Positions 42,693 to 59,284 of a stretch of 64,000 nt of DNA are shown one piece after another. How positions within the stretch are numbered: position 1 is the stretch's first letter; each line of letters starts with the position of its first letter. Origin of the DNA: Chrysomallon squamiferum (taxonomy: Eukaryota; Animalia; Mollusca); contig CM022665.1 of assembly GCA_012295275.1 (NCBI GenBank), positions 22,940,001-23,004,000 of the forward strand, in the 5' to 3' direction. A program made the translations under genes and the position numbers. The notes below the pieces were generated by a model. It was not told where the DNA came from and ran no database searches. It worked only from the letters and a program-made list of their open reading frames with translations.

Positions 42693-45600
42693 ATGAAGCT
42701 GCTCGTGATACTTTTCACTCTGTTCTTCATCTGCATTGCCTGCACAGGTAAGAGTCTCATAGTGTAATCTCCATATTATTATTGTTATTATTATTATTAT
42801 TATTATTACTGTTATTATTATTATTATTATTTGATATTTTTCACACTTGTTCATTTTTAAAAAAAAAAAAAAAATTTTTTTTTTTTAAATAATTAGAGCG
42901 AAGCATTGTTATTCAGTCAACATTAGATATATCTGTAACGTCGATCTTTGTTTTTATCTTTTCTTCCATTTCGTTCTGAGCCTTTTTATTTATCTCTGTC
43001 TTTTGCCTTTCTTGTCGCATTCTCTGTCTTTATACAGATATCTCTATTTCGTCATTTTGATCCCTCCCCCCATCTCTGTTCCATTTTCCTCTTTTCTAGG
43101 CATGTAGACCCATTCTGATATTATTTGTGTGTGGTTACCTAAAATATCACGGCACATAATCATTGACCATAAAATTATTAAAACGATGCCGTAGTTAATA
43201 TTTTATAGCTTCTGGACAAAGGCTTATTTGATCAAGCTGGGATACGAGAGATCACCCCAGATGGCAATAACCGTGTTACTAGCCTTGAATTTGACTTAAA
43301 TAAAGCGATCGTCACACTTCTTTTATCTCGGTCAGTAAACCTACCAAAATGACTAACGTAAATACAGACTAGATTCACGCGAGAAAATGAACAAATTTCA
43401 TATCATGATAATAAAAAATTATAACGACAGTAATAAAAGAAGAAAACGAAAAAAAAAAAAAAAAAAGAAAAGAAAGAAGAAAAAACAACATGAAACAGAT
43501 ACGATGAAATTAATGATATTGGTCAGTGCAATGGACGAAAGGGGAATTAGTTCAGCTGACGCCTTCGACCTATCACAATTTCAGCCCGTGAGCGAAAGTG
43601 CGCTCCCTAAAACCTGCTTTAACTTCTGACAGGTAAATTGCAGGTATTAGAATGAGGCAGTCAGTTTCCTTTTAGGACTGTGACTTAGAGATCGTCTAAA
43701 TGAATGTGAAATGTTTCCTTTCATGAGTTTTTAAATGAGATATTAAATATGTCTGCTCATGACTGTGATTTTAATCTTTATTGTGAATCAGAAAGACAGA
43801 AATATACCCATGACTCATGTATGAAAGCCGCTGCACAGATATTTGTACATGCGTGTTCCTCTGTCATAATCTTAAAATAGGCATATATTATTTTTATGTC
43901 AAATCACCGATTCCTACAAACTGCTTGTTTACTGGTTTTGTTATTCATTTTGTTTCAAATATGAATATTTATCAACACACATGGACAAATAGTATATCTG
44001 GGTGCTAAACAAAACATTCAGCACTCATCGAAAAGACTGCTTACATGGCAGTAACTACATTGAGGCTAATAAGGAAAATACGATTTTTAAAGTTATATAT
44101 ATATATATATATATTTTAATTTAAAAAATATAAAATATAAGTGGCTAGAATCGAGGATTTTGCGTCTTTCAAGTCGGAGCTTTTCTGGGCCTTTGGCTGC
44201 CCCCTGACCTCTCACACATATTTTTTTTTTGTCCTGCTCCGCTCTGCAATTTAGTGTTTTTGATTCATTTCAAAAAGTCTAGTACACGTCCATGGCTTAG
44301 CATGAAAATGTTATCCGAGTCCTTTTTAAGAAAGCCAAAATTATACTGCTACGCTTCGTAGAAAATAAATAACAGTAAAAGATAATGCAGTTAGCTAATT
44401 AGTTCTTCTGTAAGTCACAAGGCTTCATCAATGTTTTTCCAGCAGACTGCATTTTGTTTGTCATTTTGGTAGGTTTACTGACCGAGATAAAAGAAGTGTG
44501 ACGATCGCTTTTCTTAGTTAAATTCAAGGCCACTAGCTCGGTTATTGTCATCTGTGTTTTTCTATCGTAACCTTGTGTATATCCTAGTATAAAACTTATA
44601 CAATAAAAATAAACTGGGCCTCAGTTTAGGACATTCGAATCGAGAATTTTAAATAGAGGAGTCGAGTTCTTCTACTGAATCTAAACACTGTAGAAATCAC
44701 ATTTAGCGCAAGCCTTAAAATGTTTTTCTAGAAATATAAAAATACATATTTAAACCAAAAAGATATTTTACCAGTTTCATTTATTCGTTTTGTCCCTTTT
44801 TTTTTTTCTTTTTTTTTTATCACTTTAATTACGTATTTACAATTAAATAAAGAAATTATTAAATCTTAAGAAATTATATTAATAATTATGGTAAAGTTGG
44901 TAAAGTTTGTGTTATGAAGATTGTTCACTCTGCTCTAGATGATGGTGGTAATTTTATTTTGTGCAACTGATAACCATGATCTAACAAAGGAATAAAGAAA
45001 AGACTTCAACTTCATAGCTTTAGTTATCTCCAATGTACGTATCTGCAAAATTCACTTATTCGTTTTGTTTCAGACTGTTCTTCAGAATGTCCAGCCACAA
45101 AACTACATCTTCACTGCGGTTCACCTACTTTGTCAGCTTTTCTGTCTTCCTGTCAGAATGACAATCAGTGTGGTGCAGGTAAACACTGCTTATATACTAA
45201 CTACTTATAACTAAGTGTTGTAAACATATATCAGTTAATCTGTTATATAAAATAATGCAATATAGCTACAACAGTAACTAACTAACTGATTAAATAAATA
45301 AATACATAATTCACCGATATTCACTATAAAACTAATTCACTAACATGTCAATACAGACTAATTAAAAACATAGCTTACAGACATACAAACATGCATTCAT
45401 ACATACACATTCAAACTCACACGTACATACATTGATACACACGCCCAGACACATACACATACATACATACATATATACACACATACACACTGTGCACAGA
45501 AACATAAGTACTAAAAACGTCACTTGGTATAATGCTTCAAAAAACATTACTTTCCAGTATCGTTATATATGATTATAAATATGTGTGATTTTCCATTTAT

Positions 45601-45837
45601 TATGCTTTTTAGGTTTCAAGTGCTGTACGATTTTTTGGTGTATAAAGAGATGTACAAGAACAGGGGTAAGTTTATTTCACAATTTAGATTTCATTATTTT
45701 ATTCTATACAAGAAAATGTAATTATTTTTGGACATTATGTACAATATGGGTCATATTAAAATTTTAACTTAATAGTAAAATCTCACTGTAATAAAATGTT
45801 TCTTATTTACTTCACTGTACTGAAAAATAAGGTTAAT

Positions 45838-45880
<43 letters not shown>

Positions 45881-47132
45881 CACATACAGATCATTGTTAT
45901 TGTGCAAATAAATAAATAAATTAATTAATTAAAAACAAAAATGAAATAGAATAAATAAATTAAAAAATAATATAAAATTAAATAAAACAGAATAAAACAA
46001 TATTAAATAATCACATATAACCTTGTCTATTTATTCAGGCTACACCTCGTCCTGCACCTGCACCTGCACCTAAACCCACTGGTAAGGTTTGTACCTCCCC
46101 AAACGACTGTCTAGCAAATCATTGTTGTGTTAATCGAACAAAAAGTGCTGATAAAGGAGTTTGCCAGAAGATGGGAGGATCGGGAGCAAGTAAGTATTAT
46201 ATAACATCGCTAGTGACCTATACTGCACCTTTAAACAAAGTGAAAGAAATATCTTGTTTTGTTTACTGTAATACATAATACTGCGTGTTGTGTTTATGGT
46301 CACGGGTTGTCTCCCATGGTAGGGATAGACAATGTTTAGGACAGGCAGACGACAGATATATAAGAAAACATGCAGACAAACAAATACGTGGATAGGTCGA
46401 TGACTGGACTGATAGGGAGAAAGGTGGATAGAATTGCACGTATAATTAGAGTTATGTTGCCTTACGGTTTTCACTACAGTAAGTTAATCTGTTGGTTTTC
46501 TGTTTCAGAATGTTATGTTCGAGATCCTTACACATTCACGCCTCCACCTGGCGTAGTTCAAACGTGTCCCTGCGGATTTGGCAATTATTGTTCAGGAATT
46601 TCTTCTCAGGTTGATCCTGAGTTTGGAACTACTGGTAGCTTTTTATTCAAATTATATTTTAACATTTTGAAATAACATTAATACTGTGCCATCAGTAGTG
46701 AATAATAAATATCTAAAACAGTAATAGTCAAATAAATAAATACAGTTTAAGAAGAAAAATATCATTTTGTTACTAATATTCATTTTCATTTTCACGAAAC
46801 ATACAAATATAGTCATGCTAAAACCCCTAAATTGTTTTTAGAATTACTGATATATAGATTTTATATAGTTATAATACTCTTTCTTAAAAGTTTTTATTTT
46901 TTTTATTTTTGTTGTTCAACTCCTTCTAGGTGTTAGCTTAATGTTCTATATAAAACCCTTTATTTTATTTTTAATTTTTTTTTTTACTGCCATTCCGTAA
47001 CACCACAGAAATTAGGTGAAATATTTCATTATTTCTAAAAAAAATTATTGATACAGAAACTTTTAAATCCTACTTCACTTTTTTATTTTTTTATTACCAC
47101 TATTATTACTACTACTACTACTATCATTAATA

Positions 47133-47179
<47 letters not shown>

Positions 47180-47254
47180 TTATATATATATATATTTTAA
47201 AACTTTTTTTTAACTTTTGTTTTATATATTTCAGGTACTTGCAATTCGTTCTAA
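42693..47254 (+). CDS. Cluster gene C: secreted WAP-domain + Pro/Ala linker + prokineticin/colipase-fold protein (~169 aa)
   Basis: Exons 42693-42747, 45074(or 45086)-45178, 45613-45665, 46039-46189, 46509-46634, 47235-47254; GT-AG introns, phases 1,1,0,1,1, frame intact. Protein: MKLLVILFTLFFICIACT DCSSECPATKLHLHCGSPTLSAFLSSCQNDNQCGA GFKCCTIFWCIKRCTRTG ATPRPAPAPAPKPTGKVCTSPNDCLANHCCVNRTKSADKGVCQKMGGSGA KCYVRDPYTFTPPPGVVQTCPCGFGNYCSGISSQVDPEFGTT GTCNSF*. 8-Cys WAP pattern followed by a 10-Cys PK pattern. Confidence 0.85.
43238..44573. mobile_element. Element with ~130-bp terminal inverted repeats in intron 1 of gene C (MITE / non-autonomous DNA transposon-like)
   Basis: A 52-nt perfect inverted match (AAAGCGATCGTCACACTTCTTTTATCTCGGTCAGTAAACCTACCAAAATGAC at 43302-43353 versus its reverse complement at 44460-44511) extends imperfectly to ~43238-43370 and ~44440-44573. 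No transposase ORF inside. Confidence 0.7.
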
Positions 47255-49180
47255 GAGCAATATTCAAGACGGAGTCAGAGAGTTAGTATTTATAAATGTA
47301 CACATAGACTTTTCCCTCAAACCTTCGATACGACGTAATTATAATGTTTTAAACCAGAGGGTCACTATCATGTATATGTAGCATAGCTAACCTATTATAT
47401 CACCATATCACTTAACTCTGGCGAAAATTAAGAACGTTAAAGCATTTAACAGTATTGAGATATCTTACTAACAACGATGGTGCAAGAATATGTAAAGGTG
47501 GATTTAAATTTGGCAAGGCTCCACTTTTTGTGTTCATGATACTCAAAATGTCAAGTCTCGTACCGTGGATCTCTTCTGCTATTACTTGACTATTATATTA
47601 TGTTATATTATATTAAATTACATTATACTATATATTATATATATAAACTATTCTTTTCAAAGGTTATGATGGTTCTGTTTCAATCCTGAATGTATTCTTC
47701 AGTGAAGAATTCAGGTTCTGTTTAAGTTTTGTAGGTGGGCTACTGGTTTCGAACATAATCCAAAGTTGAATATTCTAAACAATTTTTGAAACCAGGATTA
47801 AAATGTGTTTTCCATTACTAAAATAATTTTTGATAAAGAGAGATATGTTACAGATAATAACTGTATTAAATAAAATTGTTTTCATGGTGAAGATTTTGTG
47901 TATTTAATGATTCATCAAATACTTTGTGACCATACCATACATACATACATACATACATACATACATACATACATACACACACACATACATACATGCATAC
48001 AGACATACACTTTCTCAGTTCTTATATGAGTAAGATAATATGTACGTCACTTTAATTTCTTATAAAGATTTTCTGAATTGACCTTCAATAAAAATTTATT
48101 TAATTTTTTCACACACCTAATTATTTAAATATTTAAATGATAAATGCTCATTAATAATATTGATAAATAAAGAGTATATCATTCAAACCAATAATAATCA
48201 ATGATTTAACATGTTAAGTTTCATCTACAGTTTGCACAGGAGGTTTTGTGCACTGAAACTTTTAGTTCGTTTTCAAATTATTAAACAAATAGTTCAGCAC
48301 TAACATACTGTTCATTAATGTTACGTTCATTAATAATTACTGTTTACATCTGGGCGACGAAGATTAAATTTAATTCCTTGTTTCGGACAAACTTAATTTC
48401 ATAACATACATGTATGTGCATAATTTTATATTATACATACATACAGACACAAAACGAGGCTCGCCTGTAATTTCTGATGTCACGATCACAGAGAAATGGC
48501 GGCGCACAATCTGTGTTATTTTGTTGTTATACTCCGTTATTAAGATCGAATGACAAATAAACAAATAAAACATAACTTAGAAGTCCGAATTTAAGAACAT
48601 ATGTTTGGACCGATGTCTGAATCACTGACGATTATTCACTTTAATCTACTGCGTTATTTCCTACTGCCGCAATGTTTGTATTAGCTTAAAGCGAAAACGA
48701 ACTTTGTAAGTCCACTCGCATCAAGCTGTCACATTTAAAAATGATAGCTGTCTGTTCATGTCAGTTTTGGAATGTTTTATTTCATTCTGACAAGTCCATC
48801 ACAGAGCTGCTTTGTGTTGGCTCATCAAAAAACTTCCCACGTATTTTTTTACCTGTCGCGACACTAAACGAGAACAATGAACACATACGTATTTTACTTG
48901 TAGTAACAGATGTCATTTATGGAGCTAGGATAGACGGATAAACTCGGAGGTCACCCCTGTTACATTTTTGCCTAATTGATGTGCGTTTTTTATTGTTCGA
49001 TTTATGAAACGTAGATCAATCTATGGATGATTTTTGATGAAGTGGGTTTTTTTTTTTATATAATGGAGACGATAGGAGACTATGCAGAAGGAAATAAACC
49101 TTATCAATGTTATAGGTCACAACAACAATAATAATGATGATAAAAATTAATAACAATAACTGCAGTGACAATAATAGTAA

Positions 49181-49250
<70 letters not shown>

Positions 49251-49354
49251 TAATAATATTAATGATAATAAAAATAATAAAGATAATAATAATAATGATG
49301 ATGATGATGATGATAATAATAATAATGATAATGGTAATAATAATGATGATGATG

Positions 49355-49391
<37 letters not shown>

Positions 49392-49806
49392 AAAAAATAA
49401 GTAAATACCAAACAAACAAGTACTTAAGTATATAAAACGAATTATAATAAAAATAAATACATAAATTTTAAATTATGTGTATTTAGATAAATGTAATTTT
49501 TACTTTTTTTTTTTTTTTTTAAATTTGCATTTCTTCTTATTATTTATTTATTTAAATGTTGTACACACTACGTACGTATCTTCTTACAATTTATTTCCTC
49601 TTAATTAGTTATAATCAAATAATTAACCCAGTATGCAACAGCAATTCAATTTTATTAAATATAAGAAAAGAGATTCCACAAAATTGTAATATAAACAATA
49701 AAAATAACTTCACTAACAAACAAATTATTATTATCCAAAATCAGAATATCTGATTGGGAAACAGAAAATGTTTAATGTACACATAACCGTTTATCAACTC
49801 TGAGGG

Positions 49807-52861
<3,055 letters not shown>

Positions 52862-53159
52862 GGTTACCGTTATTTTTTACAAATATTACGTTTCATGATT
52901 TTATGATTTATATATTTATAAACAGGCTCTTGTTTTTGTGGTATCTTGAAATTCTAAGTAACAAAACTGCCGAATGTCTTCAATCATGTTGTCATTAATG
53001 TCTGACACACCTGTATCTTACGAAATGAATGAGGAAATATTGTGTCACGTATAAGAACTAATTGTCAATAATACTATTTTAAAAGAAAAGAGGAGACCAG
53101 TTTACTGTTTCCTTGACTGCACGGTAGACGTTTATTTGTGAATCATTATACTTTTTTCA

Positions 53160-53700
53160 TATGTGACTCATTTTGAGATAAGATTTTATAAGTGACTCAT
53201 TATAACATATAGGTTATATTTGTTGCTCATTATAAAACAAAAGTTATATTTGTAACTTATTATAGCATATAGGCTATATTTGTGATTCGTTATACCATAA
53301 AGGTTATATTTGTCACTCATTATAAAAGTTGATTTCTGAATAATAATAAAATAGGAGTTATATTGTCACTCGTTATAACACAGAAGTTATTTTAGTCGCT
53401 CATTTTAAAGCAGAAGCTGTATCTGTGACTCAGTTTAAGGTAGAGGTTATATCTGTGATTCAATTTAAGGTAGAGGTTATATCTGTGACTCAGTTTAAGG
53501 TAGAGGTTATATCTGTGACTCAGTTTAAGGTAGAGGTTATATCTATGATTCAAATGACAGGTTTAAGATGTGACTGCTAAAACAGACATGACATTTGTGA
53601 CTCATCATACGACAGAAATCATTATTATATATATATATATTTAAATTTTTTATATTTATGACTGATAACAAGATAGAGGTTATATATTACTCATTATAGA
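53160..53700. repeat. 30-bp minisatellite carrying TGACTCA (AP-1) motifs, upstream of gene D
   Basis: Near-perfect units TGTGACTCAGTTTAAGGTAGAGGTTATATC at 53424-53543, with degenerate units on both sides. Exact TGACTCA at 53164, 53193, 53426, 53486, 53516 and 53598. Confidence 0.85.
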
Positions 53701-54035
53701 AAACCAAGATTTAGATAAGAAATTAAAATGTTTAAGGGTAATAAATTATATGATTATACCATGTCAAAATATTAAACTCTAAAAAAAAAAAAAAAAAAAA
53801 GAAATTACTCATTAGATAGAATTGGAAATACGATTTTTTTTTTAGATGTGTTTGAAACTACACAAAATAAAAGAAGAAATAATATTTAAATAAAATCGAA
53901 GAAACAAAAAACAAAAAAAAACAAAAAAACAAACAAACAATAAAAACAAACAGACAAAACAACCCCAAAAACCCCAAACAACAACAATGAATTCTAAATA
54001 ATTTATTTACAAAATAATATATACATTTTTCTATA

Positions 54036-54328
54036 TCAGCCAAATGAACAGGTACCTACAAAACAAAGAAAGAAATACTGTGACTTCAGAAAAACCAAAT
54101 TTTAATTAGCTAGAATAATTTAAAATAACAGCAACAACAACAACAACAACATCAATAATAATAATAAGAAGAAAAACAAATTTATTCACCACTGAAAAAT
54201 ATATCACCAGTTTGTGTCAGTTTAAGTGAGGGCGGGCTTGTAGCTCAGTGACTAGAACGATAACCTTGACATTCAGTGTCGACGTGTGCCATGATTACTT
54301 AACAAATACTGTTGAATTTACTTACAAG

Positions 54329-54389
<61 letters not shown>

Positions 54390-54740
54390 CCATACATCTA
54401 TATATACATTTAAACGATAAGATACAAAAGGAAACCTGCAAAAGAAATATTTAATATATAAACTGTGAAGGCAAGATAGCAAAGACACATTACCTATGTA
54501 TCCACCATGTGCATCTCGTTTTGGATTTGGTCTCATGGCACAGAAATCACCACAACCGCAGGGACACAGATCCGGGTGTATGATACCGGGCGGACCTGGA
54601 CACCAAACATGGTGAAAGCCTGTTGGCCTGGGGTTGTGACAATCTGATAATATATAAATTTCAGCTCAATATTATATTCTGTCTAATCGTAAGTTCCGCT
54701 TTAATAATATAGATATTTATAATGTTACAAAAATACGAAT

Positions 54741-54801
<61 letters not shown>

Positions 54802-54825
54802 CAAAAATAATTATCCTCTCTAACA

Positions 54826-54922
<97 letters not shown>

Positions 54923-55503
54923 AGAATCAAATCGTCTTTATCTTACAAACTTTCATTATTTGATATTAAAATCTATAAATGGAAACTTTCCAAGAGACTT
55001 TTACATGAGTATATGTGAACAAGGAATTGTATGATAAATATTTACCGTATCCAATCCATTTTCTATCCTGACAAATTCCTGACTTGGCATCAGGATTTGT
55101 GCTGGTACAGCACTGATCTGTTTGACAGTCGGTTTGTTTATTACAAGTTTTCTGAAAGGAAAATAAATAATAATAAAAAAAAAATCCTAAAGAAGAAGAA
55201 AATGAATAAAATAACATAAAATAAAACAAAATAAAATAAAATAAAGTAAAATAAAATAAAATAAAGTAAAGTAAAGTAAAGTAAAGTAAAGTAAATGAAA
55301 AGAAATACAACAAAATAAAGCCTAAAATACTAACTATTAACAAATTTAAAATGCTAACTATTAACAAATCTAGAAATATCGATATATTTTTTAATCATTT
55401 TTATTTTATTTATTTATTTGTTTATTTAATATTAATTTAAAAAATAATATTCACAAACTGTTGATTCGGTTTTCCAGTATTGCTGGAGATCATTTCTTTA
55501 ATT

Positions 55504-55543
<40 letters not shown>

Positions 55544-55885
55544 AAAAATATATATGTTTAAAAAAAAAAAAAAAAAATTAAAAAAGGTTAAATAAATGAA
55601 TAAATAAATAAAGTAAGTATTATCACATGTGTCCTGGTTGTATTGACAAACTGCTTAATCTTTAAGTAATTATGTGGAAGTTACCGAGTTTTTTATTTCA
55701 GACGTCACAGTTGTAGAAGGTTGTTTTGTCGTGACAGATAATGTTTCTGTTGTGCCTGAAGGAGCAACACATTTTTTAACACAGTCAACTGTACAGCATA
55801 GCTGACCTGAAAAGAAAAAACATGCATTTAATACAAAATACGTAATGAAGAATTCCGAGGTATCATTATACAAATAGAAAATAAT

Positions 55886-55972
<87 letters not shown>

Positions 55973-56649
55973 TTATACATTTTAAACAGCGATAAGAAAA
56001 AGCAAAAGAAATCGTTATAATATTTAAAATTTACCTTTTCTGCAATCATTATTATTTTCACACTGGCCTTCTGCTGAACTGTCGCAGTCTGTAGAGAATG
56101 AAGCTGGGCAATGACCTTTAAAAATAATAATTTTCTGATGTATTAACTGTCTTTATCATTAAATCTCCTTATAAATTTCAGTGCATTAGTAGTTCATTAC
56201 TTAATCGTGTATAACCTTAAATTCAAATGTAAAGGCAGTTTAATTTTATCTTTCTTATATTAAATGATGAAAATAGAAATATATTTAAAATTTGTAATAT
56301 TTATTTATGAAAATACAGTCTCCTTGCATTATGAAAATATATTTCTGTCAATACATCGGTCAGCAAATAATTAGGCATATTATTTATATATATATATATA
56401 TATATATATGTTTTAAAATTATGTTTATGTTCCTTTCTTTTAATTTAATTTAATTTTTTTACATTACAATAATATATACTTTTTTTATTTTAGTATAAAC
56501 ACAATGTAATATAGCTAATTAATCTTTTCAAATAAGACTGAACTGAATTAAACTAAAACAAAAATTCAGTTAATTTAAATGTTTAAATACTTACTTGCCA
56601 ACGCTTTGAAAATAAAAACAACACATATGTAGAAACCTACAAGTTTCAT
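54036..56649 (-). CDS. Cluster gene E: secreted WAP + Ser/Thr-rich linker + prokineticin/colipase-fold protein (177 aa)
   Basis: Minus-strand exons 56649-56595, 56115-56035, 55806-55685, 55151-55046, 54643-54494, 54055-54036 (534 nt, intact, GT-AG introns). Protein: MKLVGFYICVVFIFKALA SHCPASFSTDCDSSAEGQCENNNDCRK GQLCCTVDCVKKCVAPSGTTETLSVTTKQPSTTVTSEIKNS KTCNKQTDCQTDQCCTSTNPDAKSGICQDRKWIGY DCHNPRPTGFHHVWCPGPPGIIHPDLCPCGCGDFCAMRPNPKRDAHGGYI GTCSFG*. Textbook WAP pattern CP..C..C-x4-DC-x5-CC-x3-C-x3-C-x2-P. Confidence 0.9.
54230..54290 (+). mobile_element. tRNA-derived SINE head fragment in the last intron of gene E
   Basis: GGGCGGGCTTGTAGCTCAGTGACTAGAACG contains an A-box-like TAGCTCAGTG. No intact B-box or cloverleaf; a (CA)n tract follows. 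Confidence 0.4.
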
Positions 56650-56734
56650 GCTGTTTTATTGTAGCTGCCTACTTTTCTGCTCATATTTCTGAAGTATATA
56701 TAGTCTTCTTTGATATATACAAACTAATATATTT

Positions 56735-56768
<34 letters not shown>

Positions 56769-57106
56769 CACTTTAAATTGCAAACCCGGAAATTCCAGGA
56801 AACAACATAACGGAAACGTTTTGACGTGTGTAGGTGCAGAGTGAAAGAAGTTGGTTTATGGGACAAAGAGGAAAGAACTGTAAGCCCCAAATCTGTGAAA
56901 GATTCTCTGCTTTTCGACCCGCATATATATATATATTTTTTTTTTGGCAAAATATTATTTATAAAAATATGTTACAAATTTTTGAAATTACAAAAAAACT
57001 AAAAAACAGATTTGAAAGTAAAATCCTTTTTATTTTAATTAATTAATTAATTAATTTAAACTAGGATGTATAGTTTGTGGTTGAATTAAATTTCACTTTT
57101 TATGTA

Positions 57107-57111
<5 letters not shown>

Positions 57112-57193
<82 letters not shown>

Positions 57194-57258
57194 TCTCTCT
57201 GTCTCTCTCTGTCTCTCTGTCTCTCTCTGTCTCTCTCTGTCTCTCTCTCTGTCTCTCT

Positions 57259-57345
<87 letters not shown>
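57112..57345. repeat. Long compound (CT)n/(CTCTGT)n microsatellite
   Basis: Read directly. Similar (CT)n/(GA)n tracts occur at 26687-26763, 51041-51132, 54744-54919 and 55889-55968. Confidence 0.95.
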
Positions 57346-57347
<2 letters not shown>

Positions 57348-58684
57348 CTCTCTCGCTCGCTCGCTCGTCAGTGTCTAGCTCCTTATAAACAGAAACAACA
57401 TTATTTATTCAACATATCTTTATATTTCATTTCAAACAATGCAACATAAGCTCTACTTGCTTCAACTTTGTTTTTTCTTATACAGTCAGTGATATTTTTG
57501 TTGTGGTTGCCTATGTGAAATACTCTAGACAGTCAAAATAACTAGATTCTACCACTCTTTGTGTCTGAATTATTTAAAAAAATGTTCTTTTCTTCTTCTT
57601 CTCCTTCTTATTTAAACAGTTATTTCATCTCTTTCAAAGCCCCCCACCCCAAAAAAAAATGTATATATAAAAAAAAAACATTGTGTAACACAAATGTAAA
57701 TATGGATTGAAATAAACATGGTTGACATAACATGTATATATTTTGATAACCTCGGGTTTGTCATTATTTATGTTTCTTTTCTGCAACAAAACTAAGGATG
57801 GGTTAACACAAAGCGAGATGAGATAGCTGTGTCACTTACGAGTGAACACCTAAGTTTAAGACTAAATACCACAGTTAATACGTTCTGACTCATTGTACGA
57901 TTTATTCGGTAGTGAGACTGCCTCTTAACAGGACTGAAATGTATTGAAATTAATTTTTCTTAATATAATATAGAAATTTTGAACTGTATGTGATTCTCTA
58001 TTTGTGCAAGTGCTTTTACATATGTTTGTGTGTGTCTGTCTGTTTGTATATCTGTATGTCTATATGTCTGTCTGTATGAAGGTAGATATTTGTGTGTGTA
58101 TGCATGTATGTATGTATATATGTATGTATGTATGTATGTGTATTTGTATGTATTTATGGTGTATGTTTGTGTAGGTTCATTTGCCTTAAGAGGAAACATT
58201 TACTGCATATGACTGGTTATCCAACTTGAAACCACGTGAAAACAAATTTAATATTCTACATACGTGATAAATACAATAAATTATGTTTTTCTTGTATACT
58301 GTTGAAACTAGTATCAGTTTAACTTCTTCTTTTTTTTTTTAAATTTATTTATGAATTATTAGTTTTTCTTTGGACATAATCTTAAAATTATTAACTTTTC
58401 TTGGTATTAAGGCCACATCGTTTCGACTGCTTGTATTCATCCGCATTAATTTAATAAGTACACAGTTATTAGATTAACTATAATAATTATATATATATAT
58501 GATTAAAATCAGCTTACAACAATTTAAAAAAAAAAAAATGTATTTCCAATATACATATATAAACAAACAGTAATAAAAAAAAAAAAAAAAAAAAAAAAAA
58601 AATAAATAAATAAAATAGAAAAATTAAAACACATAACAAATACAATAAACACAACAAACAAACAAAAACAACATAGATATTTTA

Positions 58685-58803
58685 CTTGAAAATCCGCCTT
58701 GGACTAAGACACACAGCAAAAGTTTCCTCAGCCACATGGGCAGAGGTCAGGGTGTATTATACCACAGAGTCTGGTTCACCACTCGATCTGGGGTTGTGAC
58801 ATT
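58685..58803 (-). pseudogene. Cluster copy F: decayed exon of a prokineticin-fold paralogue
   Basis: Acceptor CTCCTGAACAG| is followed by xCHNPRSSGEPDS, then a deletion/frameshift removing HHVWCPGPP, then GIIHPDLCPCG*GNFCCVS*. TGA at 58730-58728 replaces a Cys codon and a second stop follows. Confidence 0.8.
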
Positions 58804-58889
58804 CTGTTCAGGAGTAAAAAATAACTTAATTTAATTTTCATATTAATTTCTTCTATTTATCTATTTTCAAAATTAACTTAAAAATGTGG

Positions 58890-58920
<31 letters not shown>

Positions 58921-59253
58921 TATTGCCTACGAAATAAATTAACTATGATGAAAAGTTTTGAAATATTCTAAAAAGTCTTGTGTTATTCTAAAAAGTCATT
59001 ATCATTGCACCTGTTACATGTATGTGACTCATTAAACAACAGAGATTATATTATACTGTTACGGACAATCTAGGCCTAGATATAAAGGAAATTGTTCAAA
59101 CTAGACCTGGAAGGACATGGATGGGGATACTGTTTATTGCATGAAAAACTAAATCAGGAAGTCATGAAAGGTTTATTATAAAAAAGAATGTCAAAATAAC
59201 AAAACAAAAGTCATTTGGCCAGATCTTACGAAGATGCAAGTAGGACAATTCAA

Positions 59254-59284
<31 letters not shown>

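Noticed and set aside
53424-53543. Regular 30-bp repeats resembling a CRISPR array
   Set aside because: The units are head-to-tail with no unique spacers, the context is eukaryotic, and there are no cas genes.
54230-54300. Possible tRNA gene
   Set aside because: Only an A-box-like 5' part is present, with no T-arm/B-box or acceptor stem; treated as a SINE relic.
58728-58730. In-frame TGA at a conserved Cys position, read as possible selenocysteine
   Set aside because: The same exon has a deletion, a frameshift and a second stop, and no SECIS is evident. A simple TGT/TGC-to-TGA nonsense change in a pseudogene explains it.
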